DNA from: Candidatus Bathyarchaeia archaeon
Lineage (GTDB): Archaea; Thermoproteota; Bathyarchaeia; 40CM-2-53-6
Assembly (NCBI GenBank): GCA_049513715.1
Contig: JBEKVV010000001.1
Location: 160,001-224,000 of the forward strand
DNA: 64,000 bases
Reading direction: 5' to 3'
Part shown: one piece after another, positions 28,801 through 39,198 of the stretch
Position numbering within the stretch: the first letter of the stretch is position 1
How the letters are laid out: the number at the start of each line of letters is the position of its first letter
Notes under the pieces: generated by a model
What the model was told of the DNA's origin: nothing
Database searches by the model: none
The model's input: only the letters and a program-made list of their open reading frames with translations
Translations under genes and position numbers: made by a program

Positions 28801-29520
28801 ATGTGGCCGCAGACGTTGAGGTTAACCGAGCAGCTTCTTGCTGTTCACGATGGAATACGTGAAGTCTTGATCTTGGAGGAGAAAGGCGGCCTTTTCGTTG
28901 TAGCTGAGCAGGCGACTAGAGACAAAGGCGGATTTCTTTCGAGCAGGATCAATGAGACAAACGGCAGACTCAGTCCCGCGCTCATTCTTGGGGCGGCGGC
29001 GCAGATGACTAAGCTCCCAGATTCATTGAGGCTTGTAGGAATCTTGTACGATAACGTGGGCGTCATGCTCGCCTATTTTGACGAGGATAAATTACTGGCG
29101 ATAAGCACAGAACCCTCGATCTTCTTCAACGCGATGCAAACGGTGAACGATGCACTTCCCGGCTTCATTAAAGAACTTCAAATCGGAAGAAGCACCTTTG
29201 GCGCCGTAAGATCGGTTGTGGACGCTGGTGAGATTGCGCGAACTTACGTCGCGAGGACAACTCGGTCCTCACGGGTCTTCATCAATGAAGTCGTGTACCG
29301 CGGAGCAGATCATACGTGGCAAGTTCAAGGCTCATACCGATCTTCGCGAATGACTCCGTCGAAGGGGTTCCAACTCGAAGTGGACGGGGATGCCGGTGCC
29401 ATCGTGGGCTTCGGCTCGTCTTCACGATCCATAATGCTCCTTGCTCTTGAGCTTGCGGCTCTCTTTGGAGCTCTGGGGCTTCTTGCCTGGTGGCTCTTTT
29501 CGAATCTGCTGGCGCGTTAG
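28801..29520 (+). CDS. Hypothetical protein (possible roadblock-like N-domain) with C-terminal TM
   Basis: 239-aa ORF with an upstream TATA-like element. Confidence 0.6.
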   Translation: MWPQTLRLTEQLLAVHDGIREVLILEEKGGLFVVAEQATRDKGGFLSSRINETNGRLSPALILGAAAQMTKLPDSLRLVGILYDNVGVMLAYFDEDKLLAISTEPSIFFNAMQTVNDALPGFIKELQIGRSTFGAVRSVVDAGEIARTYVARTTRSSRVFINEVVYRGADHTWQVQGSYRSSRMTPSKGFQLEVDGDAGAIVGFGSSSRSIMLLALELAALFGALGLLAWWLFSNLLAR

Positions 29521-29615
29521 CCTTCTTACCAGGTGAGCCTCGGCTCCTACGACTGATTACCTTGCACTTCTGTCCGGACCAGTTCTAACTAATATTCAGC
29601 CGACCGTTTTCGTCT

Positions 29616-29987
29616 TCAGATTCGTTCGAGAATTCTGGCCCGCATTAGCTCAACGTAATTCGGGTACGTAAAGTCGGACATCTCTTCGAGTTTCCATCCA
29701 AGCTTGGTGAAGGCCCTTCGCAGAACGGCTTTCGCAATTGTGTTGCCCGCTTTTCCGAACGTGACTTCTAGCGCGGCCAGGAACCTGTCTTGGTGCAATG
29801 GAATATCGTTTCGGGCGAGGGAGAGAGACCTCAACCAAGTTTCGTAGACTGCCCTCACTACTTTGGCTCCTAGAAGCTCAGTTAGGACTTCGTCTAAGCA
29901 TTCAAGAAACATAGCGTCAAACGCTTTCGATCTCATATGAGCGGGTGAATCTTCGGTAACAGCGGAAATAGCGAGAATCTTGTCCAA
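29616..29987 (-). CDS. DUF3227/NitrOD5-like protein
   Basis: ECLDEVLTELLG...DIP...LEVTFGKAGNTI. Confidence 0.65.
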   Translation of the reverse strand: MDKILAISAVTEDSPAHMRSKAFDAMFLECLDEVLTELLGAKVVRAVYETWLRSLSLARNDIPLHQDRFLAALEVTFGKAGNTIAKAVLRRAFTKLGWKLEEMSDFTYPNYVELMRARILERI

Positions 29988-30349
29988 AGGAGGTAGCCCC
30001 CGGATGAGAGCCGACTGCCGAGGGCTAGATATAAGGCCATTAAGGAATTACACAATCTCTCCTTAGAAATGTCTAAACTTTTCAAGTCTCGCAAGAGCGC
30101 GATTGCTGCATTTCTGTGGTTCTACATGTGTTCCACTTACGCAGCCCTAACGCAAGAAAAAGAGAAGGAAGGGAGGGCTGAGAAACGCGCCATAAATTGC
30201 CTGTCCTGAACAGCCACAATCGGTCTCCCCATGCCTTTTCCACAGAACTTGCAAATGCGTATCCCGGATCCCAAGTGTGAACTTCGGGACCTAGATCGAG
30301 TGGATGCTGGGTTAACTGCTCGTTGCCCTGCTGCTGGGCGCCGTTCCAT

Positions 30350-30838
30350 CTAACCGGAAATGTGGAAGCCCTGTTGTTCCCTCTCGCTTAGTTTGATTAA
30401 TGCTAGCTCAACGTATCTTGACAATGCAGTGTTTGGGGTCTCGATGAATTCAAGCGAAAGTTTTAGGTAGAGTTTTCTCGCGATGGCTGTCTCAATCGTT
30501 CCGTGGTCTTTACCGAACATTTTGTTCAGCGTTATGTAGAAAGTGGATAGGCGCTGCGGTAACTTGTCGAATGTGACATCACGTTCCAGCATCCGAAACG
30601 CCGATTCCGCCGAATCCTTACCAAGAGCATCTTCAATCGCCTCTCGCACAGATTCGACCAAGAGTCGGTCGAAGTCTTCCTTCAGAGGTATTCTCTCGCT
30701 TTTAGGCTGAAAACTTGGGGCCGCGGATTTCAGCTTGTTTCTGGCGTTCTGTACGTAGTCTGTGAGTTGGTAATCGTCGTTCCTTTGATATTCGAGGCCG
30801 CACCTACAGTCGTTATGCGAGTCTAGAGAAATCGTCAT
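30350..30838 (-). CDS. DUF3227/NitrOD5-like protein (start uncertain)
   Basis: ESVREAIEDALG...LP...LNKMFGKDHGTIETAIARKLY. Confidence 0.6.
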   Translation of the reverse strand: MTISLDSHNDCRCGLEYQRNDDYQLTDYVQNARNKLKSAAPSFQPKSERIPLKEDFDRLLVESVREAIEDALGKDSAESAFRMLERDVTFDKLPQRLSTFYITLNKMFGKDHGTIETAIARKLYLKLSLEFIETPNTALSRYVELALIKLSEREQQGFHISG

Positions 30839-30955
30839 ATGCATTCTGTGGCCGGTGTACAACACTGTGATTTTCCTTTGAGCTCTGTCAATTTCATATA
30901 TTGCCCTGTAGTCCTCACCTCTCAAGCGCTGTCATCCTACGAATTTCCCTTTCAA
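30839..30955 (-). pseudogene. RelE/ParE toxin C-terminal remnant
   Basis: LKGKFVG*QRLRGEDYRAIYEID...VLYTGHR with an in-frame TGA at 30932-30934. Confidence 0.6.
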
Positions 30956-31011
30956 ATATCACAAAGGCGGCAGCGTACAACTGCTGTTTCTGCTGGATGG
31001 CTCAGAACTCG

Positions 31012-31371
31012 CTAGTAGACGGCAGCCAACTTGTATTTCTTGCAGGTGCAAATCTTGCAGGATCCGTTATTGTCGTGGAGGTGTTTCGGATGTTGGCATG
31101 CGCAATGTTCGACAGGGCCTCTGATTTGCTCCGTTTCATCCTCGAGTTCTTCTTCTATCTCCAAATCTGGTGATATGGGGTTGTTTGCTTCATATGTTAT
31201 GATGTACACTGCCGTAATGCCGGCCTCGAGGGCGACTTTTACATCGAGTATCTTAGCTCCCTTCGCCTGAAGTTCTTTCATGACATCGTTGATTCGTTTG
31301 GTGTCCTCTGATTCATCGAATCGCCTCACAGCCCTAAAAGTGAGCACCTGAACGAAGACCGGCATGACCAC
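31012..31371 (-). CDS. Hypothetical protein with C-terminal Cys/His metal-binding motif
   Basis: CACQHPKHLH...CKICTC; GGAGA RBS. Confidence 0.6.
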   Translation of the reverse strand: MVMPVFVQVLTFRAVRRFDESEDTKRINDVMKELQAKGAKILDVKVALEAGITAVYIITYEANNPISPDLEIEEELEDETEQIRGPVEHCACQHPKHLHDNNGSCKICTCKKYKLAAVY

Positions 31372-32033
31372 TAATCTCCTGTCTTCGTCAACTCCGTTCC
31401 GATGGTAGCGTAAAGCAAATCGTTAGAGTCATTCTTTCCTTTCCTTTTCAAGGTTGACCTTCACCTTTTCGTAGTTTGATGTTCGCCTCTTCAGCATATT
31501 CAAGAAGCGTTCGGCCGGGGTCATCAAGATGCGTTAAGTCAAGTTTGGTATAGAACTTTTTCGCAATTGCTCTACCGTTAGCCTTGGAGCTAGGAGGACC
31601 AAACGTGCTCTCCAATGTTGAGAATGCCGTTCGTCATGAGTGTTGGTGGGGTTGGCTTGTCTTTCTGTTATCGCATAGCGTGGCTCGTGTTGCGGCCGTA
31701 GCTCTGGACGCTGCCTATCCTGTCCTGGACGGTTTCTTGATTATGTTGTCGGTTATGATACTCGTGTTCTTTCGAAGCAGATTCTACTTGTGGGGATATG
31801 TCAGCTTCGGCCTCGGTTTCAGTATGCTAACCAAACCTGAGGCATTCTGGCGGGATTAGGACAAAACCAGGCACATTGCAAAAATCTTAGTACATACCCA
31901 TAGAAGACCATGAGGAAGCAGTTCGTCACTTCCTTGAAGGATGAATTAAACCCGATCCAAGTGGAAAACTGCCTCGAGAATATCATATCAAGCCTAGGTC
32001 AGAAACTAAGGGACAGACAGGATGGTAGAATAA

Positions 32034-32918
32034 ATGAATGAAATTTTGGTTGTAGATGATGACCCCGACGTCGTTAAGTCGGTTAGACTAATCTTGGAGA
32101 AAACGGGATATCCCATCTTGTCCGCCCTCAACGGGGACGATGCACTGAAGGTTGTCGAAGCAGAAAGACCGGTTCTTATCATGCTCGATCTGGTTATGCC
32201 TGGTAAGAGCGGGCTGGAGGTCTGCAGGATCTTGAAGTCTCAGCCGAGGTCAAAGAATATTCCCGTTATCATGTTCACCAGATCCGATCGAGATGTCGAT
32301 GAGAAACTGACAAACTGGGCTGGAGCAGACGCCCACTTCAATAAGCCTGTCACGTCAGGCGACCTATTGGCAGAAGTGAACTCTTGGGTTGAAAAGGGAA
32401 AGTCATGGAGATTCTCTAAACGCTTTGGAATGGAACATGACGATCTAACCGGCAAGAAAATCCTACTTGAGGTCGACCCTCGAACGGACTTCGACAAGGC
32501 AATCGAGGATTTCGTATTTGAATGCAACTTTCACGGTGAAGTAACGGTTATCGTCACGACCAAGGGAAGCGCACTTCGACAAGCTCTCGAAGGCAACAAT
32601 GCGGTCAAGTTCATTGACATGAATCTGGCGAATCTGACGATATTCCCGCCTATCTTGAATGAATATCCGAGGGGGCGCTTAAACATCGTCTTCGACAGTT
32701 TGACGACTTTATCCATTCTCAGCGAATCGGCTTACAAGACGACTTTCAAGTTTGCCCAAAACGCACTTCAGGTGCTGGCTGACCGTAGGGTAACCGCGGT
32801 CTTTCTGCTAAACCCTTCTGCCCACGAACCTCGAGATGTCGCAAGCCTAAGAGAGCTCTTCTCGAACCAACTAGTCTACGACGAACGAGGGCTAACCGCC
32901 CAAAGATTCAGCAATTGA
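32034..32918 (+). CDS. Response regulator: REC plus degenerate KaiC/DUF835-like domain (paralog of 19552)
   Basis: ILVVDDD, MLDLVMPG, KP; shared GKKILLE.DPRTD and PSAH.P.DVASLR. Confidence 0.9.
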   Translation: MNEILVVDDDPDVVKSVRLILEKTGYPILSALNGDDALKVVEAERPVLIMLDLVMPGKSGLEVCRILKSQPRSKNIPVIMFTRSDRDVDEKLTNWAGADAHFNKPVTSGDLLAEVNSWVEKGKSWRFSKRFGMEHDDLTGKKILLEVDPRTDFDKAIEDFVFECNFHGEVTVIVTTKGSALRQALEGNNAVKFIDMNLANLTIFPPILNEYPRGRLNIVFDSLTTLSILSESAYKTTFKFAQNALQVLADRRVTAVFLLNPSAHEPRDVASLRELFSNQLVYDERGLTAQRFSN

Positions 32919-33342
32919 ACTGCAAGACCAAAGATGAACGTAAACGCCGTTATCGAAGACAACTCTATGACCGTTGACATCTAGGTGGCTACTCGCAGGG
33001 AAGGTACCAGCTGTAGCGGACCTATCAACCCCGCGGAGTAAGCATAGAAGAGGGGTGCCATAGTCACAGTGATGGCTATCAGAAACAGTGTGGCAACGAG
33101 ATACGCCTTTTCGGTTCCGCATAGGGTCAAGTCCAGCTTCGGCTGGGAGCTTACTGAATTGAAGTGAGGGTGGTCATCATAAAAGAAAACCGGTACAAAG
33201 GTGCCTAGCCAACGGAACGAATCCTGTGTGTGGGTCTAATGGGGTGTGGACACAGAAAATGATTAGATTCGTTGAGGTACAGGTGTCCTTGAGCTCCATA
33301 GCTGCTGCTAAGGGTGGAGGCTCTTGAAGCGTTTGGATAAAT

Positions 33343-33485
33343 CTAGGCTGCTCCGCCGGAACCCAAACTTCCCAGCAACCCAATCGAGAACACGTGGAGT
33401 AGAATGGCTGCGGCGGTCGCTATTGCAATCAGGAGTAGGGCTGCGATGATTTGTGAGACCGCCGGTTGTTGAGACGCCTCTTCAT
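33343..33485 (-). pseudogene. Degenerate, internally deleted copy of the major pilin
   Basis: MKRRLNN(R, -1 frameshift)AVSQIIAALLLIAIATAAAILLHVFSIGLLGSLGSGGAA*, compared with the pilins at 48290 and 49269. Confidence 0.8.
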
Positions 33486-33589
33486 GCCTCTCATCAGTAT
33501 GCGTTTGATTTGCATTTCCGGATAATTGGCCAGCGTAACCCGTGCTTCGCCAGTGAGGTGGCGATGGAATGTCCATGGGTCTCACATAT

Positions 33590-33886
33590 TTACGGTCCAT
33601 AAATCCTCTTGATCCCAGTTAAAATGACACATCCCATCACCGCGGAGAAGGTGGAGCTGAAAAGAATCCATACCCAGGGGTCAAGAAGCCAGAAGAGAAG
33701 TAGCAGGAGACCCCCAGCGGTGATTCGCGTTATCACGAACCCCTTCGATCCGAACCTGTTCAGGAGATAGCGCAGGACCGGGTTGACCTCACGAAACCCC
33801 TCACTCCGCCCTCGCCAAGTGACCATGGCATCGAGCAGGACCAAACTCATCGACAAGAGAAGAAGCGCTGCCGACACGATCATCAT
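33590..33886 (-). CDS. Small membrane protein, DUF5658-like
   Basis: LDAMVT...GFREVNPVL motif, 3 TM. Confidence 0.65.
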   Translation of the reverse strand: MMIVSAALLLLSMSLVLLDAMVTWRGRSEGFREVNPVLRYLLNRFGSKGFVITRITAGGLLLLLFWLLDPWVWILFSSTFSAVMGCVILTGIKRIYGP

Positions 33887-34543
33887 GTCATTTCATCGCG
33901 CCAGGTCTGTTCGAAACGTTTGGTTAGCGGGCTCAGAGTACTTTTGATCTGCAGAAAACGAACCCGGGAGCTTAATAGAGTGGGGACGGCTCCTCGTGAA
34001 ATGTCAAAAGTGTGGAACGCTTTACCCATCCGGGATTATGATTGACTTTGAAGCCCTGAGGCAGCACCTCAATAGCTTTGGGGACGAGAGAACAGCACAC
34101 CCATCCTGTATCAAAACGTGACCAACCCCAGAAACATGACCTACACTCTCACCGCATGACCAGGTACGAGTTCTTTGAGGTTTCTATTCCAGAACAAACC
34201 CCCGCCCATTAGGATGAGCATTTCCTCCACGACCTGAAGCAATGGGGTTGGACATACGACTACCGCAGCCAAACTTGGCTGAACTACGCCATTGCAACGC
34301 CCATTTTGTGAAGACTATCTTTTCTGTTCTGCAGAGATCTGATGCTGTATTTTCGATAGAAGAGGCGAACTATTCGGTTTACTGTTTGCCAAACTGATTG
34401 TTTATTGTCGCGAATTGACGGGTTCAGAAACTGTAGTGTTGTAATAGTCTAGGCAATGCGGATTGTGCCCACTTTTGGCTTTGTACACTGATTCGAGGGA
34501 AGGTGTTAACACATAATGGTGCTGTGTCTCTCAGAGGATTCTC

Positions 34544-35524
34544 ATGGCGTTCTGGGCGTTCCTTCCGCTAATTGCCTTGTCGGTTGTCGCTTTCCTATTG
34601 ACCTATCTACTCATGCCTTGGCTCATCGCTGCTCTGACGCGTGCTGGAATCGTGGGAGAGGACCTTCACAAGCAGGGCACTCCGAAGGTTCCGACGATGG
34701 GAGGAATCGGGATTTTTGTTGGGTTCGCTGCTGCGATGACTTTGTCGGCGGTCCTGCAATTGGATTACAGGTTGATGTTCGCAATCTTCCTGTCCGGCAC
34801 GTTGGCGCTACTGGCTGGATTAGTGGATGACCTCTTCAAGCTAGGGAAGATGACGCTTGTTGTCCTCACTTTCCTGATTAGTATGCCTGTCGTTGCGTTT
34901 CGGGCAGGGTCTACGTTGGTGTATTTGACTCCGTTTGGGCCGGCGGATTTTGGTTGGTTCTTCTGGCTTCTGGTACCCTTCGCTTTTGCGTTCTTGATGA
35001 ATGGCGTTAACATCTATGCCGGGTTCAATGGGTTGGAGGCAGGACTAGGCATCGTTTCATGTGTCTCGCTGGGAATCTGCGCTCTGATCTACGGGTCTCT
35101 GGAATCCGCGGCTGCACTGCTTGCGCTGAGCGGTTCGCTGCTTTCTTTTCTGAAGTGGAACTGGGTTCCGGCTAGGATTTTCATCGGAGGCTCAGGAACC
35201 TACCTGCTCGGAGCGGTTCTGGCGAGTAGCATAGTCGCGGGCACAATCAAAGTGGTAGGGGTCATAGCCCTCATGCCTTACATTATCAACTTCATATTGC
35301 GAGCACTCGACCGGTTCACATGGTCCGTCGGCGAAACCCTACCAGGAGATAAGGTTCGCAGCACAAAACGCAACGCTTTGTGGGCCCTGTTCATGCACAA
35401 CCATCCAACGAAGGAGCAGAACGTCGTCAGGAATTGTCTCATGGTTCAGATTTTGTTCGCATTAGGCGCCATAGCGTACGCTTACTACCATGTGAACTTC
35501 GTCATTCCACGCTTTTCGCAATAG
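34544..35524 (+). CDS. UDP-GlcNAc:dolichyl-phosphate GlcNAc-1-phosphotransferase (AglH/GPT, MraY-like family)
   Basis: GEDLHK, PTMGG, GLVDD, NGVNIYAGFNGLEAG, PARIFIG. Confidence 0.9.
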   Translation: MAFWAFLPLIALSVVAFLLTYLLMPWLIAALTRAGIVGEDLHKQGTPKVPTMGGIGIFVGFAAAMTLSAVLQLDYRLMFAIFLSGTLALLAGLVDDLFKLGKMTLVVLTFLISMPVVAFRAGSTLVYLTPFGPADFGWFFWLLVPFAFAFLMNGVNIYAGFNGLEAGLGIVSCVSLGICALIYGSLESAAALLALSGSLLSFLKWNWVPARIFIGGSGTYLLGAVLASSIVAGTIKVVGVIALMPYIINFILRALDRFTWSVGETLPGDKVRSTKRNALWALFMHNHPTKEQNVVRNCLMVQILFALGAIAYAYYHVNFVIPRFSQ

Positions 35525-35602
35525 GCATTTTCGCCCACTTAGGGCAAGGTTCATCGGTAGGAGATCGCGTCCCATGTTTCAGGGATGGAGGTTGGATAGG
35601 GA

Positions 35603-35992
35603 TTGAGCGATGATAATTGGAGGCCCCGAAGGCATGTGTTCGGGTGGATTCTCGTCGCTGTTGCAATGTTGATTATTATTCCCATCTTGGTGTCTGCGGT
35701 ATTCTTCGTTCTCAAACCCGTGACCCGTGGTTTCTTTCCTTTCTTAGGGTACTACCCGTTCTTCTTCCCGTTCGGCTGGATCTTCGGATTCCTGATACTT
35801 TTCTTCCTGTTGCGATGGATTTTCTGGCCCTGGGGATGGGGTTCGCGTAGGAGGTATCGAGGTTACCGGGACGAGTACCACATACTACGCGTCAGATACG
35901 CTAGAGGAGAAATCACGAAAGACCAGTTCGATCAAATGACCCGCGACCTACAAGAATCAAACCAGAAAACACAGAAACCCACTTTATTATGA
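35603..35992 (+). CDS. Membrane protein with SHOCT domain
   Basis: ILRVRYARGEITKDQFDQM. Confidence 0.88.
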   Translation: MSDDNWRPRRHVFGWILVAVAMLIIIPILVSAVFFVLKPVTRGFFPFLGYYPFFFPFGWIFGFLILFFLLRWIFWPWGWGSRRRYRGYRDEYHILRVRYARGEITKDQFDQMTRDLQESNQKTQKPTLL

Positions 35993-36455
35993 ATCCAGGC
36001 TGTGAATTGAAGTCACGTCTTCTGAAGGAACACGCCTGTCTGTTTTTGAGTAGACTGGAACATAGGTGAGTATCGTTTTCTTGGTCGAGAGCAATTCAAG
36101 CTTGAAGCTACCTCAGACCAAGGACTGGTCTGCGAGTTGCAGTATTGCAGCGCTAATCCGAGTTGCGGTCCTCCGTCTCCTTCCGGTATCTCTGTAGATA
36201 TATACCGAACCTGCACAATCTAGCTTGCAGCCTCGGCCATGACGCTTTGTCGGCTGTCGAGTTGGACAAACACCGCAATTCCAACTGGTCCGAGCTTGTA
36301 TATGATATTCCGGAAAACATGAATTGACTATACAGGAACTGAACCGGTCGATTGAAGATTATGAAGGTATGGCCGGCAGATACAGCACTAGTTACGTTTT
36401 CAGAATGTTTGCGCGGTAACCGATAAATCGTGACCACTGCTAGTAAGCTTGATAC

Positions 36456-37421
36456 TTGATGGAATGGCATCAATACAAGCGAAACCCGATTATGGCCTTG
36501 GGTCCACAAGGAACATGGGACGCCGCCTATGCCACATGGGCTTCCGTCGTGCAAGTCGATGGGAGCAACTGGCGAATGTATTACAGTGGTAAGAACAGAG
36601 GAAGCTGGTTGCGGGTCCCGCGACTAAGAATAGGTTTGGCGTTCAGCCGTGATGGAATGCGATGGGAGAAATACAATGGGAATCCAGTTCTCGATACTGG
36701 CAAAAGGGCCGAATGGGATTCTCTCGGTGTGTACTGTCCCGTTGTGTGGCAAGGTAGTGGCAAGTGGAATATGATTTTCACTGGACATAATCGCGGAGGA
36801 CACTATCAGATAGGATACGCTGAGAGCGACGACGGCATCTCATGGACAAAGTCGAACGACAATCCATGCTTCTGCGACCCCACGCTCGGCAAAAACCGAG
36901 CTGGGTTACCTGAAACTGAAGGTTGGGGGTTGTTACGATCCGACTCCAAGTATTCTCTTCTCTACAACACGGTGACGATTAAGCCGAGGCAGATTTTTGT
37001 GGCTGAATCTACGAATTTGATCGACTGGACGCCTCTTTCTTCTGATCCGCTGATCCCTAGTGAAGGTATGCCATCGGAGCTTGGTTACATGAAGTACTGC
37101 GCATGGCCTGCACGCGTGAAAGGGCAGTTGCTCGTCTTTGTCGCAACAAGCAATGAAGACTACTCCAAGAGTGCGCTCGGTGTATGGAAAATGAAGAGCT
37201 CTCTTGAGAACACAGAAAACGAATTTCTGGGATACTTGACCAATCCATACGAGGATTGGTGCGCCGCGGAACTCGATACGCCGTTTATCGTCGATGATAT
37301 GCTGGAATCAGATCGAGGAATCCGCATGTTCTACGGCGGCAGAGGGAGGAACAACAAGTGGTATGAAGGAACCGCTACTGCAATCCTGCGTGATCCATCA
37401 AATGCCCCATTTATCTTGTAG
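36456..37421 (+). CDS. Five-bladed beta-propeller glycoside hydrolase-like protein (GH32/43/130-like)
   Basis: Repeated WD...RMYYSG...IG(L/Y)A.S.DG..W.K...NP blades. Confidence 0.8.
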   Translation: MMEWHQYKRNPIMALGPQGTWDAAYATWASVVQVDGSNWRMYYSGKNRGSWLRVPRLRIGLAFSRDGMRWEKYNGNPVLDTGKRAEWDSLGVYCPVVWQGSGKWNMIFTGHNRGGHYQIGYAESDDGISWTKSNDNPCFCDPTLGKNRAGLPETEGWGLLRSDSKYSLLYNTVTIKPRQIFVAESTNLIDWTPLSSDPLIPSEGMPSELGYMKYCAWPARVKGQLLVFVATSNEDYSKSALGVWKMKSSLENTENEFLGYLTNPYEDWCAAELDTPFIVDDMLESDRGIRMFYGGRGRNNKWYEGTATAILRDPSNAPFIL

Positions 37422-37527
37422 ACGACATGAGTTATAGCACACAGAACACAAGAAGCCCCGGAATCAAATTGCTTCATTTAGGGTGTAAATCTCAGCGGCG
37501 GAAGGACCTGTTCATTATTGAACTGCG

Positions 37528-38097
37528 GTGACTGCACAGATGAATCTCCGCAAGAAGGCATACCATCTCTTCTTGTTCCTCGACATGTCGATCCGCGCTT
37601 GGGGCCTTAGTGCCCGCAATACTCACATCGGTAAGGGAACAACCATCGGCAGAGGAACCGTGATACGTGACGGGGTGGAGATAGGAAAGAACTGCTATAT
37701 CGGGGATTTGTGCGTTTTCGAGGGCCAGACGACTGTTGGATACGAGACCTGCATAAACGCACAGTGCCACATCACGCGTTTCAGCAAAATAGGCAATAAT
37801 GTCTTCATTGCACCCTTCTTTCTGTCGACGAACGACAGCAGGATGAGTTACCATCGTAAAGGTCATGGGGAAAATCTCACCGGTGTAGTCATAGAGGACA
37901 ATGTCAGAATAGCAGGACATGTGATGACGCTGCCGCGTGTTAGAATTGGAGAAGGAGCAATCGTCGGCGCATACTCGCTTGTTACCAGGGACGTAGAGCC
38001 TCACACACTTGTGTACGGTATCCCTGCTGAAAGACATGATGATAAGAATGGCCTCTTAGGAGAGCATGTCGACCCGCATTTCACGAAGAGAGTGTGA
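37528..38097 (+). CDS. Hexapeptide-repeat sugar N-acyltransferase (WbpD-like)
   Basis: IG repeats, TND, VTRDV, VYGIPA. Confidence 0.9.
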   Translation: MTAQMNLRKKAYHLFLFLDMSIRAWGLSARNTHIGKGTTIGRGTVIRDGVEIGKNCYIGDLCVFEGQTTVGYETCINAQCHITRFSKIGNNVFIAPFFLSTNDSRMSYHRKGHGENLTGVVIEDNVRIAGHVMTLPRVRIGEGAIVGAYSLVTRDVEPHTLVYGIPAERHDDKNGLLGEHVDPHFTKRV

Positions 38098-38228
38098 GAT
38101 CTGTCAGCGGTTTCAGGGTCAGCAGTACCTGTAACCGTTTCAATTCATGCAAGCTCAGTTGAAGTCGGTAGTCAGGACCTGAAGGAGGTCTGCATTGATG
38201 GAAAATGTTTTCTTAACGCTCGATTTAC

Positions 38229-39197
38229 GTGGTACAGGAGACAGCTGAGGTTCTGCTTGTTGATGTAATGATGTGGAACACTCAACCGAAAGTCACTATC
38301 GCAGTGGCAACGTATGACAGGAGCCGTCTACTTGCTGAGGCCTTGCGCAGTGTTCAAAACCAGAAGTTGGCTTCTTGGGAATGCATAGTAGTCAATGACG
38401 GCGGCGATGATGTTTCTTCTGTTGTAGCATCTCTTGGAGACGACCGCTTCAGCTACGTCAACAGCTCACACGTAGGAATGCCCAATGCTGTGAACATTGC
38501 TTTGAAAAGAAGGCGTGGCAAGTACATTGCCTATCTGGGTGATGACGATCTGTGGTACGCAAACCATCTGGAGTTGTGTGCACGTTATCTTGACGAAGAA
38601 TCTTCGATTGGGGTTGTTTACACCAAGACCGTGAAGCGGAGTTGTGTGTTGACGACCGACGGAGCACGGCAAGTTGTCGCCGATTTTGTCGATCCACTGG
38701 AAGAATTCTATCTGGACGCGCTTTCTTCTGGGGCTCCGATGCCGATAATATCTGTGGTTCATCGAAGTGATCTACTTGAGCGGGTGGGGCTGTTCAAAGA
38801 TCTGCCAATTGCAGAAGACTTGGAGTTCCTTCTGCGTCTTGCTTCAATCACTGAATTCGCGCATATACCAATAATCACCAGCGAGTACTTCGTCGACATT
38901 GGTGGAGAGAGCCGCAGTCACAAGTTGAAACGCACCAACCCGCAGTTCTACGGACATATAATGCGTTCAATTCTCAATGAGAAACCGGTTCTATACCGAC
39001 ATCGGAGGCTTAGAAGCGGTAGAGAGCTTGGATATCTTCCGGAAGGCCCAATCCTAGACAAGCTCTTCGGATCTGGAGTCTTCGCTTCTGCCCTGAAGGC
39101 ACTTTCGTACTACTACATCTATTCGCGCCGTTGGGGTTCACGAGCGGCACTCAGAAGGATGGCGCGTCGGATGCCTTCGGCGAGAAAAGATACATGA
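38229..39197 (+). CDS. Glycosyltransferase family 2
   Basis: ATYDR, VNDGG, YLGDDD, AEDLEF. Start may be ATG near 38268. Confidence 0.92.
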   Translation: MVQETAEVLLVDVMMWNTQPKVTIAVATYDRSRLLAEALRSVQNQKLASWECIVVNDGGDDVSSVVASLGDDRFSYVNSSHVGMPNAVNIALKRRRGKYIAYLGDDDLWYANHLELCARYLDEESSIGVVYTKTVKRSCVLTTDGARQVVADFVDPLEEFYLDALSSGAPMPIISVVHRSDLLERVGLFKDLPIAEDLEFLLRLASITEFAHIPIITSEYFVDIGGESRSHKLKRTNPQFYGHIMRSILNEKPVLYRHRRLRSGRELGYLPEGPILDKLFGSGVFASALKALSYYYIYSRRWGSRAALRRMARRMPSARKDT

Positions 39198-39198
39198 A

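Noticed and set aside
33996..34120. VKCQKCG-containing short ORF
   Set aside because: Second Cys pair incomplete; at most a remnant
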